Assembly (NCBI GenBank): GCA_973851085.1
Contig: OZ316775.1
Location: 17,236,001 to 17,300,000, forward strand
Length of the DNA stretch: 64,000 nt
From: Ptychomitrium polyphyllum
Taxonomy: Eukaryota
Direction of reading: 5' to 3'
The notes beneath the pieces were generated by a model. It was given only the letters and a program-made list of their open reading frames with translations, did no database searches and was not told the DNA's origin. Within the stretch, counting starts at the first letter, position 1. Each line of letters starts with the position of its first letter. Made by a program: the position numbers and the translations under genes. Shown here piece after piece: positions 13,301 to 24,991 of the stretch.

Positions 13301-15190
13301 ATAATAAGATAATCCTCCTCCCCTGTGGTTACCTTACAATCTTTGATTTGGCCTAATGGTGCTTCCAAGATTTGATTGGCCATGTTGATTACAAATAGTG
13401 AAGATCCCGTGATTTCTAAGCCTAATTTTTCCATGGTTTGCAAAGGCATAATGTTTAGGCCACTTCTGCCATCTACCAAGACATTAGGTAGGGTTTTGTC
13501 TACTATGGATATTTCTATCTCCATTGCCCTAACATTCATTAGCTTGATTTTGGTAGGAATCTTTGCTGTCACTTTTGCCTTGGATTTTCTACAATAATTG
13601 GTTGGAACCCTAGCTTTAAGAAGTTTTTTGGTTACGAGTGATATTTCCAACAGCTGAGCTATAGAAATGTTAGCTTTTATGTTTTTTAAGTTAGTCCACA
13701 CATCATACGGCATTATCAAAGGTTCTTATTGGCAATTGGATTGCTGCCTATTATCTTCTTTAGGGATCTTTGGACCTCCCAAGTTCTATTATGTTCTTCT
13801 ATTATAGATTCTTCCTCAAAATCCTTGGTTTGGAAAGGCATGTCTTTGGCCTTTGGTTCAAATACAAGGGATTTTTTGCCCTTGTTCCTAGTGGCCTTCA
13901 TAGCTTCACGAACTGCCTCTTTTAATTTTGAAAAATTAGGGATGCTATTTATAGTAGATTCCTCTTTTTCCACTATAGGTGGCAATTGGGCGGCCCTAGA
14001 TTTAGTCATGATAGCTAAGGCTGGCAAGACAACGGGTTGCTGCATTTTAAAGGGAGTCCATGTATGTAAAATTAAGTTTGACTCATGAAGATCTAGATGA
14101 AATTTGACTATTAAAGTCAAGGCTTGGCCTTCTACCAATTCCTTATTAATTTTCCCTACAAACCTTGCATCTTGTGTGCCTTGCCCTCCAAATGGCGGAT
14201 TCCTAGATCCTTGTCTAAGATTTTAAATAGGATTCAAAGGATGGAAGCTAGAATTAGTCTGAAGCGCCCTTGAAGGATATTGGTTTTGTCTATCATTGTC
14301 ATAATCATAGTAAAGACAAGGAAGCCTTAAGGAATTATCATAAGGAGGGTCATTAGCACTCCTACAATTGTCATAGGCTTGTTGGGCATAATTGCCTGCA
14401 GATGGTTGCATAGGCACTACTTTATCAGGCCTCCTATACACATTTTTGGGGTGATTACCTCCATACCTTTTACAAATTATTTGGCTTTCTATCCAACATT
14501 GGCCAAATGGATGGCGTTTTCCACAAAAAGCATGGAGTTCAAAGCGCTACCTATATTGATTATTAACCCCTTGGTTGGACATCTGGAAGTTTGGCTGCCT
14601 TTAGTTTGATTCTTGATAGTTTTGGACTTTATGAAGAGATTGGTACCTTTTTTGATCCTGCAATGACATAGCATTGCAAAACTGAGCGGTGTGCCTTGCT
14701 TGACCACAAGAAATGCACCACAATGTAAAAGTATGCCTACCATACTCAATTGGAGGTGGCGCTGGATTTGAATTATGTTTCCTAGCCAATCCTATCATTT
14801 GGTCTCTCAGATTTTACAATTGTTTCATGATGTCATCTTTGAAGCCTTGTTGACTAGCCTGCAATTCATGTTTTACCGCTTTTAAGTTGGCATCCTCTAC
14901 TGATAGAAGTAAAGAATGGATAATGGAAGGTGGCTTCATTTCCAAGGATGTAGGATAACTTCCGTCCCTAGTATCCAATAGAACCACTTGGCAGGGCAAG
15001 GGAGCTAATGCTAAGGAACTTAGGTTTTCTTCCTTAGGTTTGATAGGAATGAAAGGAAAGATGGATTCATCTTCCTTTCTCCACAACCTCTAATATTTCT
15101 TTTTTATTCCTTCCACATCTCTAGCAGCTTCCTTGGCTAGTGTGAACTAAAATAAGCTCTCACTAATTTGGAGACTCACTTTATTCACAC
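10320..15190 (-). mobile_element. Degenerate Ty3/gypsy family B internal region (gag CCHC, protease, RT, RNase H, integrase); no chromodomain seen; 5' end truncated
   Basis: CISCGQARHTAQFC knuckle (14601-14798), LVDGRSG protease (13249-13719), [11 protein letters not shown] and VFIDDF (11779-12815), RNase H (11533-11748), HHCC finger (11065-11349), integrase core (10459-11040). Confidence 0.88.
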
Positions 15191-15265
15191 ATTCCTAATT
15201 TCATGTAATATTATGATTTATATTGTAGTATAAGATTTTATATGCCTAATTTGAATTGTAGGTTA

Positions 15266-16766
15266 TGTGAAGCCAAAATTGATTTTGACCTAATCCTAAT
15301 TCTAACCTCAATTGATGAATTTAGGTGAACCTACATTAAGATTTTTATCATCCAAGGTTTAAAAGATAAACATTAGAGGTAGAAATAAAAGTAAAAAGAT
15401 AAAAAGACATAATATTCACCTAGAGGAAAAAATTATAAAAAGCAGAAGTAATTATAGTTAAATTTTATGATAAAGTAAATGAGGAAGGGGTTCACTCAAG
15501 GAACAAGTCAATGCAATAAAAACAAAGGAAAAAAAAAAACAACCTCGGGGTGTTCCAATCAAGCCAGCAGGCCCCCTTTCACAAAATAGGCTGTAGTTTC
15601 TTCATCTTTAATTCAATTCCTGCGTTCTTGCAATTCTTGAAAAGCTAACTTAAATGACTAACAGCCACAAAAATCTCAGCTTCAAGCTTGCTTTAATTTA
15701 CTCGGAACTGTCCTTCAAAGTTGGTCCTCTAAATCAAGAGGAGGGTAGCAGATCCCAGCTACAAAATTGGCCGCCATATCTTCTTCAAATTGAGCATTCT
15801 TTAGCTTGTTGAAAAGCCTATAACCTTCCCTACAAACCGTCCTAATAAAAGGTTCTTCACTTGCACAATGAGGGACTAACGGCCCAAAATCCGAATCCTA
15901 TATGCCGCAGTAATCTACAAAGCATCCTCTATTAAATTGCTTGTTTCTTCTTTGTTATAGCTCTAATTTAAGCATGCTTTGGCTTGTTGAATAGCTTACA
16001 ACCTCTTCTACCAATCCTTTATATTTCAGCTCTTACACTTACACAATGAGGGACTGATGGCTCAAAATCCGAACCTTAGTTGTTGCTCTTCATGTCCAAT
16101 ACTAACTTCTCTTGCTCATAACTAATTCCTATTTGCTAAAAGCTAATTGTGTCAAACTAATGGTCTAATTATTCCAAAATCTAATCCTAAATTTAACTAT
16201 TTTTTGCTCAAAAAGACTAAGTGGTGTGCTCCAAACTAACTCTTGTTTGTTAAAAAAAACTAAGTATGGCTTTGCTTGCCTTCTTTCCTTTTTTATAGGG
16301 AACCTCACTTCTCTACTCCATTCTCATTGGTTGCTGAAATTTCTAAGCCACTTGATCCTAATTCATACTTTGACTTATTTTTAAATATAATTGTTGCTCT
16401 AAATTTAGCTATTATTTCTAAATTTAATTGCTGTTATAAAATCAGTAGCTATTATAGATTTTCATCGTCATTCTAAATTTAGCTATAATTCTACATTTTC
16501 ACTATCATTCTAAATTTAGTTGCAATTCTAAAATCACCAATATTTGCATCCAAGTTATAGAATTCATCTTTTCTTCTATAATTCCATTCTTGCATTGGCC
16601 TTAAGTGCCATGGACCATGAGCATTTGCCTACTTGCCCTTTATTTCCCTTAATAACGACAATAATCCAACTTCTTTTGCCCTAATTAGACCTAATTTCTT
16701 CTGCAATGTTAAATTTTGTCGTTTTCTTAAGAAAAAATCTATAATGAGCTGATTTTATAGCTCACA
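15266..16766. repeat. Probable LTR (about 1.5 kb, TGTGA...TCACA), distantly related to 1465-3074
   Basis: Inverted terminal pentamers. Shares terminal and internal motifs with 1465-3074. RT coding sequence resumes immediately after 16766. Internal direct repeat (about 15858-15899 / 16036-16076) and short tandem units (16398-16535). Left boundary uncertain; no TSD. Confidence 0.45.
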
Positions 16767-17112
16767 ATATACCATCTATTCCATTGGAGACTTATATTCA
16801 AGTTATAATCAATTTCAATTTGCAAACAAAAGCAGGGATTTGACAACCATGAAGACTCCATTGGAGCTTGTAAGGATGTGCACATTGCTTCAAGGTGCTA
16901 CAAATTCAGTGGCTTAATACAAAATGCCATGAACCAAATTCTAAGAATTTTTGTACCTGAGAAGACAATATCTTTTGTAGATGATATACTAATCAAAGGC
17001 TGCAAAGAAGAAAACAAAGATTCCACACTGAATGAAGATGGCTACAAAAAATTTGTTAAAGACCACATTAAAGATGTAAAGAGGATTTTGGAAAGGTTTG
17101 AAAAAGTGGACT
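16767..17112 (+). mobile_element. Ty3/gypsy family D RT fragment (left part)
   Basis: Reads IYSIGDLYSSYNQFQ...MKTPLELVRMCTLLQGATNSVA, then ISFVDDILIKG...FEKVD. Continues at 30234. Confidence 0.8.
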
Positions 17113-18256
17113 TGTCGCGCACCTCTTTTTGAAGAGTGCCTGCAACACTAAAGACACAAGGAGGACCTCGGAGTGACGTCCAGGACTTGTGGCGCCTATA
17201 GTAAGGAAGACTGAGTGGGCCTAGCGTGGGAAGGTCCCCTAAGGGGAGAAACATCCTTGTCCATGTAAACCGAGGGCCATAAGGGATAAATCGTGGGCAT
17301 TGGAGGAATCACAAAGAGTTGATTCTAAAATGCTAAAAATTGCTCAAATCGGACAAGGGAGCTAAAAGTTATGGCATTCCAAAGTTGGGGTTGCCAAGGG
17401 GCTGTTCTAGACTGTGGCAGCCCTACACAGTGACTGTACTAAAGTGGAACAGTCCAGGGAGGGACTCCCTAAGAGTCCCAAACCTTGAGAGAGGCATATC
17501 TCCCACAATACTAACTCAAATTGGACGTTTGAGGAGTCTATCAACATCTAAGTGAAGAGTAATGACGACAAAGTGGTTGCTTAATACATTCGGGCACCGG
17601 ATGAGGAACATATGGCTCCCTGAAGGTCTGCTAGGAGTTCCGGAGGCTTCTAGCGGCTAAGTCCCAAGGGAGTTCGGGTGGTCTTCCAAAAATTTGGGTG
17701 TGTCGGGGTTCAGCCACCTACAGAAGGCCAGGGGGCCTGCCAAATCCCACAAAGAGTACTATAAGGGAGGGCTGGTCCCCGTCCCTACTCCCCTAATATC
17801 CCGGTACAAACCAAAGGTGAGTCCCGGTTGGTGGAGCTAGTGTTGGGGCTTCACCACGGGGACTCCCACACCATTGTGAGCCGGTGGATGGCCGGTTTCA
17901 CGGAGGAAACTAGCACGTTTAAAAGGGTACGCTTGTTACTACTAAGTTGGGGTGGTGTCTTCACTCTAGTACCATGATGGCACGGGGTGATCTTAGAATC
18001 GCATGGAGATCATGAGTGGTGGTGAGGAGACACCACTAAGTGCGGTTAGGCCGTGTATATTGAGAGTAACACCAAGTGAGACCTTGGACATGAATGGAAG
18101 TCTGCACCTAACCATTGGCTACCAATCAATTGGGTATCTTAAGAAAAATGTTAGAAAGACTTGGAAAGTGAGAATGGGGGTTAATCATGTGCATATGGGG
18201 GTGTACAAGGTTGACGCGCATGACGCTTGCTAAGGTGCATTACAAGGGTTGAGACA
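17113..18256 (+). repeat. 5' LTR of family C element
   Basis: TGTCGCGCACC...GTTGAGACA. Homologous to 23718-30228, 57804-58968 and 59938-61101. Confidence 0.95.
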
Positions 18257-18258
18257 TT

Positions 18259-18269
18259 TGGTATCAGAG
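18259..18269 (+). promoter_or_regulatory. Primer binding site complementary to the 3' end of initiator tRNA-Met
   Basis: TGGTATCAGAG two bases after the LTR-terminal CA; the canonical plant tRNA-iMet PBS. Confidence 0.92.
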
Positions 18270-18327
18270 TAGGCTTTGAATATCCAAGTGCTACGTTGCA
18301 AGGAGGCTATGAATAAGAAGAAGTCCG

Positions 18328-21300
18328 GTGATGGCAGTGAGCCTATGGGCCTCTAATCAACCACATACGAAGGTGAACAAAGACCCTAATCTGATTAATG
18401 AGGCTCCATCTTTTGATTCCAATGAGCACGGGAATGACATTGGAGGCACCAAAGAAGTTGAGGAAACTCAACAAGACGAAGCATTGGAGGGTGGAGAGTA
18501 CTCAGGAGCTAGGATTCTTGAGCCACCTGAGGGCCTAGAAAGTCAAGACCCTGACTTAAGTTTTCGCATGAAAATGCTCAAATTCATGGATGGTGTGAAC
18601 CAAGAACTCAAGCGTGGCAAAGAAGAAAGGGCCCGTCAAAAGAGGTTGATTGAGCATTTGATGGCACAAGGTTCCAGGTCCTCATCTTCGACCAAAAAGT
18701 TGGCCAAGGTAAACATGCCAAGCACTTTTTTGAAGCTAGGTAAAGCGAGGAAGGTGAAGGAGTTTCTTTTGGAAATGGACAACTATTATGATGTGCAAAA
18801 GCCGGAAGAGGTGGACAAAGTTTCAATTGACGTGACCTTTTTGAAAGACCATGCTCTTCAATGGTGGACAAGTAAAAAGGAGCAAGAGCCGGAGTTGGTA
18901 ACGACTTTGTCTTGGATCGGTTTTAAGGAGATTTTGAGTGAACACTTCACTCCGGAATACCAAGAGTTGAAGGAGGGCATGACCTTGGTGCAAATGAGGC
19001 ACACCGGGTTGCTCAAGACTTATGTGCAAGATTTCAACGCCCAAATGAATGCCACACTCAGAATGGATGAGTTTTTAAAGAAATGCATTTTTTTGGGTGG
19101 GCTTCAAAAGTGGGTGGTGGACGCCTTGTTCAAATTTCCAAAGCTTCCGGAGGACGTGGCGGGAATCATTAAGATTGCGGAAAGAATTGAAGCCGACGGT
19201 CCCGAAAGAAAATCAAGTAGTCCCTCTCAACAAAGTGGATTGAGCCAAAATGTATCTCGCGGTGGAGAATGCAAGAAATTTGGCTTTGGGAACAAACACA
19301 AGGAACAAATAGATAGAAGGGCCTACAACAAAGTGGACCATCATGAGAGAAAACCATTCAAATCTGGAGATAAGAGTGCTAAGGTGAAGCACAAGCGTTG
19401 CCACGGGTGTGGCAAGATTGGTCACTTCATTGCGGAGTGCCCCGATAAAAAGGTGAGCACCAACGCTTGTCACACTTGTGTTGTGGATCACATTTTAGAA
19501 GGTGGATTTGTGGCCAAGGCTAGTAGCCTTAAGCCAAGGTCGAGTCTCTTATACCTTGAGGCCCAAATAACTGGAAAAAATGTCTCATATTTGATTGACA
19601 CAGGGGCAACGCACTCCTTCATGAGTCCCAAGCTAGCAAGGGAGTTGGGCTTGTTGGCTCAAAAAGATAGCAAGCCCATCAACGTGCGATTTGCAAAAGG
19701 AAAACCGTACGAGACGAAAGAAGTGGTGTTGGATGTGGCCTTAAGTAGTGGGACATTGGAGTTGAAGGAAAGTTTTACACTATGAGAGATGGATGAGGTA
19801 GACCTCATTTTAGGTGATACCTTTTTTGAAACTCATGTGGTGGATGTGAAGCAAAAACCAGCATGGTTAGTAGTGCGCTGTGGTGGGAAGGAGGCAATAT
19901 TGAAGTTGACTAGGAGTCCTATGGTTGCGGGAGGAAAGTTGAATTTAGTCTCCTTAGAACAATTAGGGAATAATCAATTTGTGATTGTGATGCGAATGGA
20001 GCAAAAAGAGGGGAATAGGCCAAGTGCCAAGGACGTTAGGACTATTCCCAAGTGCATTCAAAATGTACTAAGTGATTACAAGGATGTGCTCACCAATGAG
20101 CTGCCCACAGAATTACCGCCAAGAAGAGAAGTGGATCACAAAATTGAAGTAATATTGGGAATGGAGCCCCCTTCAAAGGTTCCATACCGGTTGAACCAAA
20201 AAGAGCTAGAGGAGTTGAAGAAGCAAATGAATGACTTGTTGGAAAGAGGCTATGTTAGGCCAAGTAAGTCGCCATATGGAGCACCAGTCCTCTTCGTAGA
20301 CAAAAATGATGGCAAGCTCCGCATGTGTATCGACTATAGAGCCTTGAATAAAGCCACCATCAAGAACAACTATCCTTTGCCTCGGATTGATGATCTCTTT
20401 GATAGATTGGCGGGAGCTAAATACTTTAGTCAAATAGACTTGAAGTCGAGCTACTATCAAATCTGCATTGCGGATGAAGATGTGCCAAAGACCGCATGCT
20501 GCACTAGGTATGGGTCCTATGAATTTTTGGTGATGCCATTCGGGTTGTGTAATGCTCCTTCGACATTCACGACTCTCATGAATACCATCTTTTGAGAAGA
20601 GATGGATGACTTTGTCATTGTCTACATTGATGACATCTTGGTGTACTCCAAGTCGGCGGAAGAACATGCAAGGCACCTCGAAGTGGTGCTTCAAAAGCTT
20701 AGGGACCAATATGCCAGCGGAGAAAAGAGTGAGTTTGCTCATTTTGAAATTGAGTTCTTGGGCCATATAGTGATGGATGATGGAATCAAGCTGGATATAA
20801 AGAAGATAAAGGCAATTAGAGAGTAGAAACAACCTTCTACCCAAAAGGGGCTGAGATCATTTCTCGGCCTAGCAAATTATTATAAGAGGTTCATACGCAA
20901 CTTCTCCAAAATTGCTAGACCTTTGTCCAACTTGTTGAAGAAAGGAGCTAGCCAATTATGGGATGAATTTTGTCACCAAGCTTTTAAGGAACTCAAGGAG
21001 AAGTTGTCACAACCGTTGGTATTAAAGTTTTGCGAGTTTGAAAAGCCCTTTGAGGTCCACACGGATGCAAGGGACTTTGCCATTGGCGGAGTGGTCATGC
21101 AAGAAGGCATGCCAATTGCCTCTGAGAGCATGAAGTTGAATGGGTGCCAAAAGAGGTGGCCCACGCATGAGAAAGAACTCTTTGCCGTAGTGCATTGTTT
21201 GAAAACATGGCGGCACTACTTGGGCCTACATAAAACCAAAGTCTACACGGACAACGTGTCCTAAAAGTAATTTGAGCCACAAGCACAAATGAGTGCAAAA

Positions 21301-22930
21301 CAATTGAGGTGGCACGACACCTTAGCACTTATGAATGTGGATTTGATCCACAAGCCGGAGTGTGACAATATAGTGCCGGATGCTCTAAGTAGGCGGGAGG
21401 AGTTGCAAGCGATGGGCACAACCCAAGTCCTGCAAGTAATGTACAACGAAGAAGGCAATTTGCAAAGAAAGATAATAGAGGGGTACATGAAGGACTCGGA
21501 AGCACAAAGGCTTCTTGATGAGCTTAAGAAGGATAAGAAACTTAAGAAAATTAATTTGGAGAAAGGATTGCGCAAGTACAAACAAAGTCGGGTGTATGTG
21601 CCTCAAGGAAAACTACGGTTGTTGGTTTTGAAAGAAGAACATGATAGTCCCATAGCGGGCCGTAGAGGGAGAAAAACCACCATAGCGGCGGTGTCAAGAA
21701 GGTACTATTGGCCGGGCATGAAAGCGGACATCACTGACTTTGTGAAAACTTGTGTGAAGTGCCAACTCAATAGAGCCTCTTATTAAAAGCAAGTTGGTTT
21801 ACTACAACCTTTGCAAATCTCGTCAAGTCCGTGGCATATCCTGTCCATGGACTTCATCACAAGTCTTCCCTAATTGCAAGGGCATGATGCCATCTTTGTG
21901 ATGGTGGATCGCTTTAGCAAGTTGGCACACATGGTGCCATCAAGTGGAATCGTAACTGCACATGAGACCGCAAAACTATTCCTCGATGCATGGTGGAAAC
22001 ATCACGGGTAGCCGAGAGTAATTGTGTTGGACCAAGATCCAAAATTCACTAGTGCTTTTTGGAAATATCTCTTTAGGAAAGTTGGAACCAAATTGATGTT
22101 TAGCACTGCCTTCCATCTTCAAACGGATGGGCAAACGGAACGAGTGAACTGAGTCTTGAGCCAATACTTGAAGAACTTTGTGAGTGCGGACCAGTGCAAT
22201 TAGGTGGATTATGTGAGCCTAGCGGAGTTCAGTTACAATGCAGCCAACCATTTGGCGACAAAGCAGTCACCATTTAAGGTAGCCTATGGAACGGAGCCAC
22301 TCTAGCCTGCCGACTTAGCTCTCGAAGGGGCACATTCAACACTAGAGTTTAACCAAGATGGTGAAAACTTGGCCAAAAAGTGAGAACAAATGTTGGAGAA
22401 GACTAAGCTTTTGTTGGAAAAGGCACAAAAGCTGTACAAAATACAAGTCAAAGCCTAAAGACGTGAAGTGGAGTATGAAGTAGGCCAAAAGGTATTGTTG
22501 AATGTGAAGAACTTTAGCTTGCCCGAAGGCCTCACTCCAAAGTTCATGTCCAAGTTTGCGGGGCTGTTTTCCATTGTGGAGCGGGTGTTTAAAGATGTGT
22601 ATAAGTTGGAGCTACCACCCGAAATCAAAGTGCACCCAACATTTCATGTCTCATTCCTTAAGCCATTCAAAAAAGATACCTTGTGGCCCAATTGCAAGTA
22701 AGTTATTTGGCCACCGCCGGAATCAGTGATCACTTGGAATACGAAGTAGAAGGAATTCTCAAGTGTAGGCATCACAAGAAAGTAGGAAAAGAGTATTTAG
22801 TAAAGTGAAGAGGGTACTATGAAAAGGAAGCAACTTGGGTAGCAGCCAAGGACTTGGAAAATGCCAATGAAGTGGTGGAATGCTTTGAAAGGAATAGGAA
22901 CTCCAACAAAAGACAACGTCGGCATTGATG
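18328..22930 (+). pseudogene. gag-pol polyprotein of family C element with in-frame stops and late frameshifts
   Basis: 18328-19785 gag, CCHC (CHGCGKIGHFIAEC) and protease (LIDTGA); 19789-20826 RT (VYIDDIL); 20923-21264 RNase H; 21289-22701 integrase; chromodomain about 22735-22890 (EYEVEGILK...EYLVK*RGY...ATW). gag and pol are in the same frame. Confidence 0.92.
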
Positions 22931-23717
22931 AGGACATCAATCTCTTTTAGTAGGGGGAGAGAGGCTTGTAGAAGTAACTTCTTCACATCATGTATTAGTT
23001 CCTTGACTTAAAGCAATGGAGCTCAACTTTTGTGTGTGCAAAGAGAAGAGTATAAGATGACGTCATAATCTTGTACTTGTGCTAAGTTGATAGAAGAGGG
23101 GGAATAGACATGTGAAACCAAGTTGAGAAGGGCGAGTAATGGGGACCAAGACTGGGAGGAGGAATGGTTGAAACCATGAAACCTCGTCGCCTCGGGCTTG
23201 TCCTAGCAAAGACAAGGTAATGGCGCATGCTCATATAAGCGCCAGTCCTACAAACTAACAAAAGTCAATGCATAGGAGTCATGAACCCATGTTTCAATAG
23301 AGATAGTGGAATCCAGATTGGGCGGAACTTGGCATTACCCCCGTGCAATCGAGTTGTGGAATAAAAGCCACCTTGGATTTGCAACCAAGACAACTTGGTG
23401 GAGCATTGAGGTCCATCCTAGTCAAGAAGGGAGAGTTAGGGAAGTGTAGCCTATCTAGAGACTTTATTCCAAGAGAGTCTCAAAGTAAATAGGTCTAGAG
23501 TAGTTTAGGGCCGTAGGAATTTTGTCTAGGGTGCCTAAACAGACCACCTCCTAAACGACACCTTTGAGACTTTGCCAAAGACTTATGAGTGCATTGTGGA
23601 GGTCGCATTCTGGATGAAACTCAATGCTGCACCACTAGAGGATGGCAACCTTGGAAGTTGTGTGCCAACTACAAGTATAGTCGATGAGGGCATCAACTCC
23701 ATTAAGGTGGAGTTGAA

Positions 23718-24545
23718 TGTCGCGCACCTCTTCTTGAGGAGTGTCCGCAACACTAAGGACACAAGGAGGACCCCGGAATGACGTCCAGGACTTGTGGCGC
23801 CTATAGTGAGGGAAACCGAGTGGGCCTAGTATGAGAAGGACTCCTAGGGGGAGAAACATTCTTGCCCATGTAAACCAAGGGCCATGAAGGATAAATCATA
23901 GGCATTGGAGGAATCACAAAGAGTTGATTCTAAAATGCTAAAAATTGCTCAAATCGGACAAGGGAGCTAAAAGTTATGGCATCCCAAAGTTGGGGTTGCC
24001 AAGGGGCTGTTCTGGACTGTGGCAGCCCTACACAATGACTGTACTGGAGTGGAACAGTCCAGGGAGGGACTCCCTAAGAATCCCAAACCTTGAGAGAGGC
24101 GTACCTTCTACAATACTAACTCAAATCGGACGTTTGAGGAGTCTATAGACATCTACGCAAAGATTTGATGACGACAAAGTGGTTGCTTAATACATTCGGG
24201 CACCAAATGAGGAACATATGGCTCCCTGAAGGTCTGCTGGGAGTCCCGGAGGCTTCTAGTGGCTAAGTCCCAAGGCAGATCGGCTGGTCTTCCAAAACTT
24301 TGGGTGTGTCGGGGTTCAGCTAGCTACAAAGGGCCAAGGGACCTGCCGAATCCCACAAAGAGTACTATAAGGGAGGGCTGGTCTCCCTCCCCACTCCCCT
24401 AGCGTCTCGGTAGGAACCAAGGGTGAGTCCCGGTTGGTGGAGCTAATATTGGGGCTTCACCACGGGGACTCCCACACCATTGTGAGCCGGTGGATGGCCG
24501 GTTTCACAAAGGGAACTAGCATGTTCAAAAGGATACGCTTGTTTC
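23718..24545 (+). repeat. 3' LTR of family C element, left part
   Basis: Aligns to 17113 through about 17939; interrupted by the copia insertion at GTTAC. Confidence 0.93.
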
Positions 24546-24973
24546 TATTGAAAAAATGCAACAAAGCTAGTACAATAAGCAAGAAGAGAGAAAGCAAGGT
24601 TGCAACAAGAGAAGTGTGGAGCAAGATGACTCCCATCTCCAAAACCCCTTTACTTATACTTGAGAGTCATCCACCAAAGTGTGCCACTTGGCGGCAATGC
24701 ATTTGCCTCCACTATATGAGTGACATGTGGCGGCTAACCCTAACTCTAGCCGCCGTAGCTGCCACCCTAATCCTAACGGCCGCTCTAACCCTAATGGCCA
24801 CTCTAACCCTAGCCACCATACAAAACCCTTATTGCCTTTTCTTAACCCTAGCCTCCATATTTCCTATGGCCTCTTTCTTCACACCTCTTTGACCATTAGC
24901 AACATATCATGCTCTAAGCCTACACAAGGATACTTCAACTAGGATTACTTTATATGTTTTACACTTTGCAACA
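24546..24973 (-). repeat. Copia 3' LTR
   Basis: Near-identical to 29479-29906. Confidence 0.96.
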
Positions 24974-24991
24974 CTCCCACTTTGCTATTGG

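Noticed and set aside
1465..16766. Idea that 1465-3074 and 15266-16766 are the paired LTRs of family B
   Set aside because: They are only distantly similar, their flanks (CCCAT versus ATATA) are not a TSD, and the PBS-like motif at 3077 points to the plus strand while family B is on the minus strand.
17340..18233. Short ORFs repeated in every family C LTR
   Set aside because: They recur only because the LTR is repeated; starts and stops are not conserved among the four copies.
20206..20844. 212-aa minus-strand ORF
   Set aside because: Antisense shadow of the family C RT domain.
24434..24942. Plus-strand ORFs with LTLAA/NPNG repeats (also 29361-29875)
   Set aside because: They are translations of the telomere-like repeats on the antisense strand of the copia LTR; 24434-24892 even spans the insertion junction.
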